A stretch of 55,519 bases of DNA from Candidatus Beckwithbacteria bacterium (GTDB lineage: Bacteria > Patescibacteriota > Microgenomatia > UBA1400 > CG1-02-47-37), in assembly GCA_043803225.1 (NCBI GenBank), contig JAZDKF010000024.1, positions 1-55,519 of the forward strand, written 5' to 3'. The stretch's first letter is position 1. Every line of letters starts with the position of its first letter. A program made the position numbers and the translations under genes. Shown here piece after piece: positions 55,375 through 55,519 of the stretch. The notes beneath the pieces are model-generated. The model was not told the DNA's origin. It did no database searches and saw only the letters and a program-made list of their open reading frames with translations.

Positions 55375-55519
55375 CTGGATACCTCCTGATATAATTTTAG
55401 AGTTTCCCGGGCAGTCTTTTCCCAGGAAAACTTTTTGGCTTGTTCTAAAGATTTTTGTTTAATAGTTTGATGATTCGAATCATCGAGTTGAATCAGCTGT
55501 TTAATTGCCTGAGACAAAT
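55368..55519 (-). CDS. C-terminal end of a glycosyltransferase family 4 protein (5' part outside window)
   Basis: Manual translation ...AKKFSWEKTARETLKLYQEVSRC*; stop overlaps the next gene's start. Confidence 0.8.
   Translation of the reverse strand, partial: LSQAIKQLIQLDDSNHQTIKQKSLEQAKKFSWEKTARETLKLYQEVSRC

Overview
Gene-dense bacterial chromosomal segment, mostly on the minus strand. The compact overlapping genes, shortened Mur enzymes, alpha2-type GlyRS, IleRS2, DUF4012/glycosyltransferase cluster and leaderless promoters suggest a Patescibacteria/CPR (Microgenomates-like) genome; this is inference. From left to right: a Kelch-repeat/lipase fusion (5'-partial), transaldolase, tRNA-Val(CAC), lepB, parB, rpmA/rplU, DegV, rodA, ileS and two orphan genes. 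Next is a ~25.5-kb division/cell-wall cluster (mraZ-rsmH-ftsL-ftsI-murE-glmU-murC-murB-murA-glmS // yvcK-hydrolase-murF-DegT aminotransferase-FemABX-mraY-murI-murD-ftsW-murG-ftsQ-ftsA-ftsZ). It is followed by a truncated EamA gene, glyQS, an SDR, recO and a surface-glycan locus. The main signal missing from the ORF track is a family of six 23-nt palindromes (approximately CCTRCRRGGWS-N-SWCCYYGYAGG) with compensatory substitutions. Two identical copies flank an orphan gene as 29-bp direct repeats. Two bracket, and read in frame with, a decayed REP-associated tyrosine transposase (HUH motif AYCLVPNHFH and YIHRNP) in the glmS 3' intergenic gap. One copy is intergenic, and one sits in frame inside a glycosyltransferase. 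Together they suggest a RAYT/palindrome system that may mobilise palindrome-bounded DNA cassettes.
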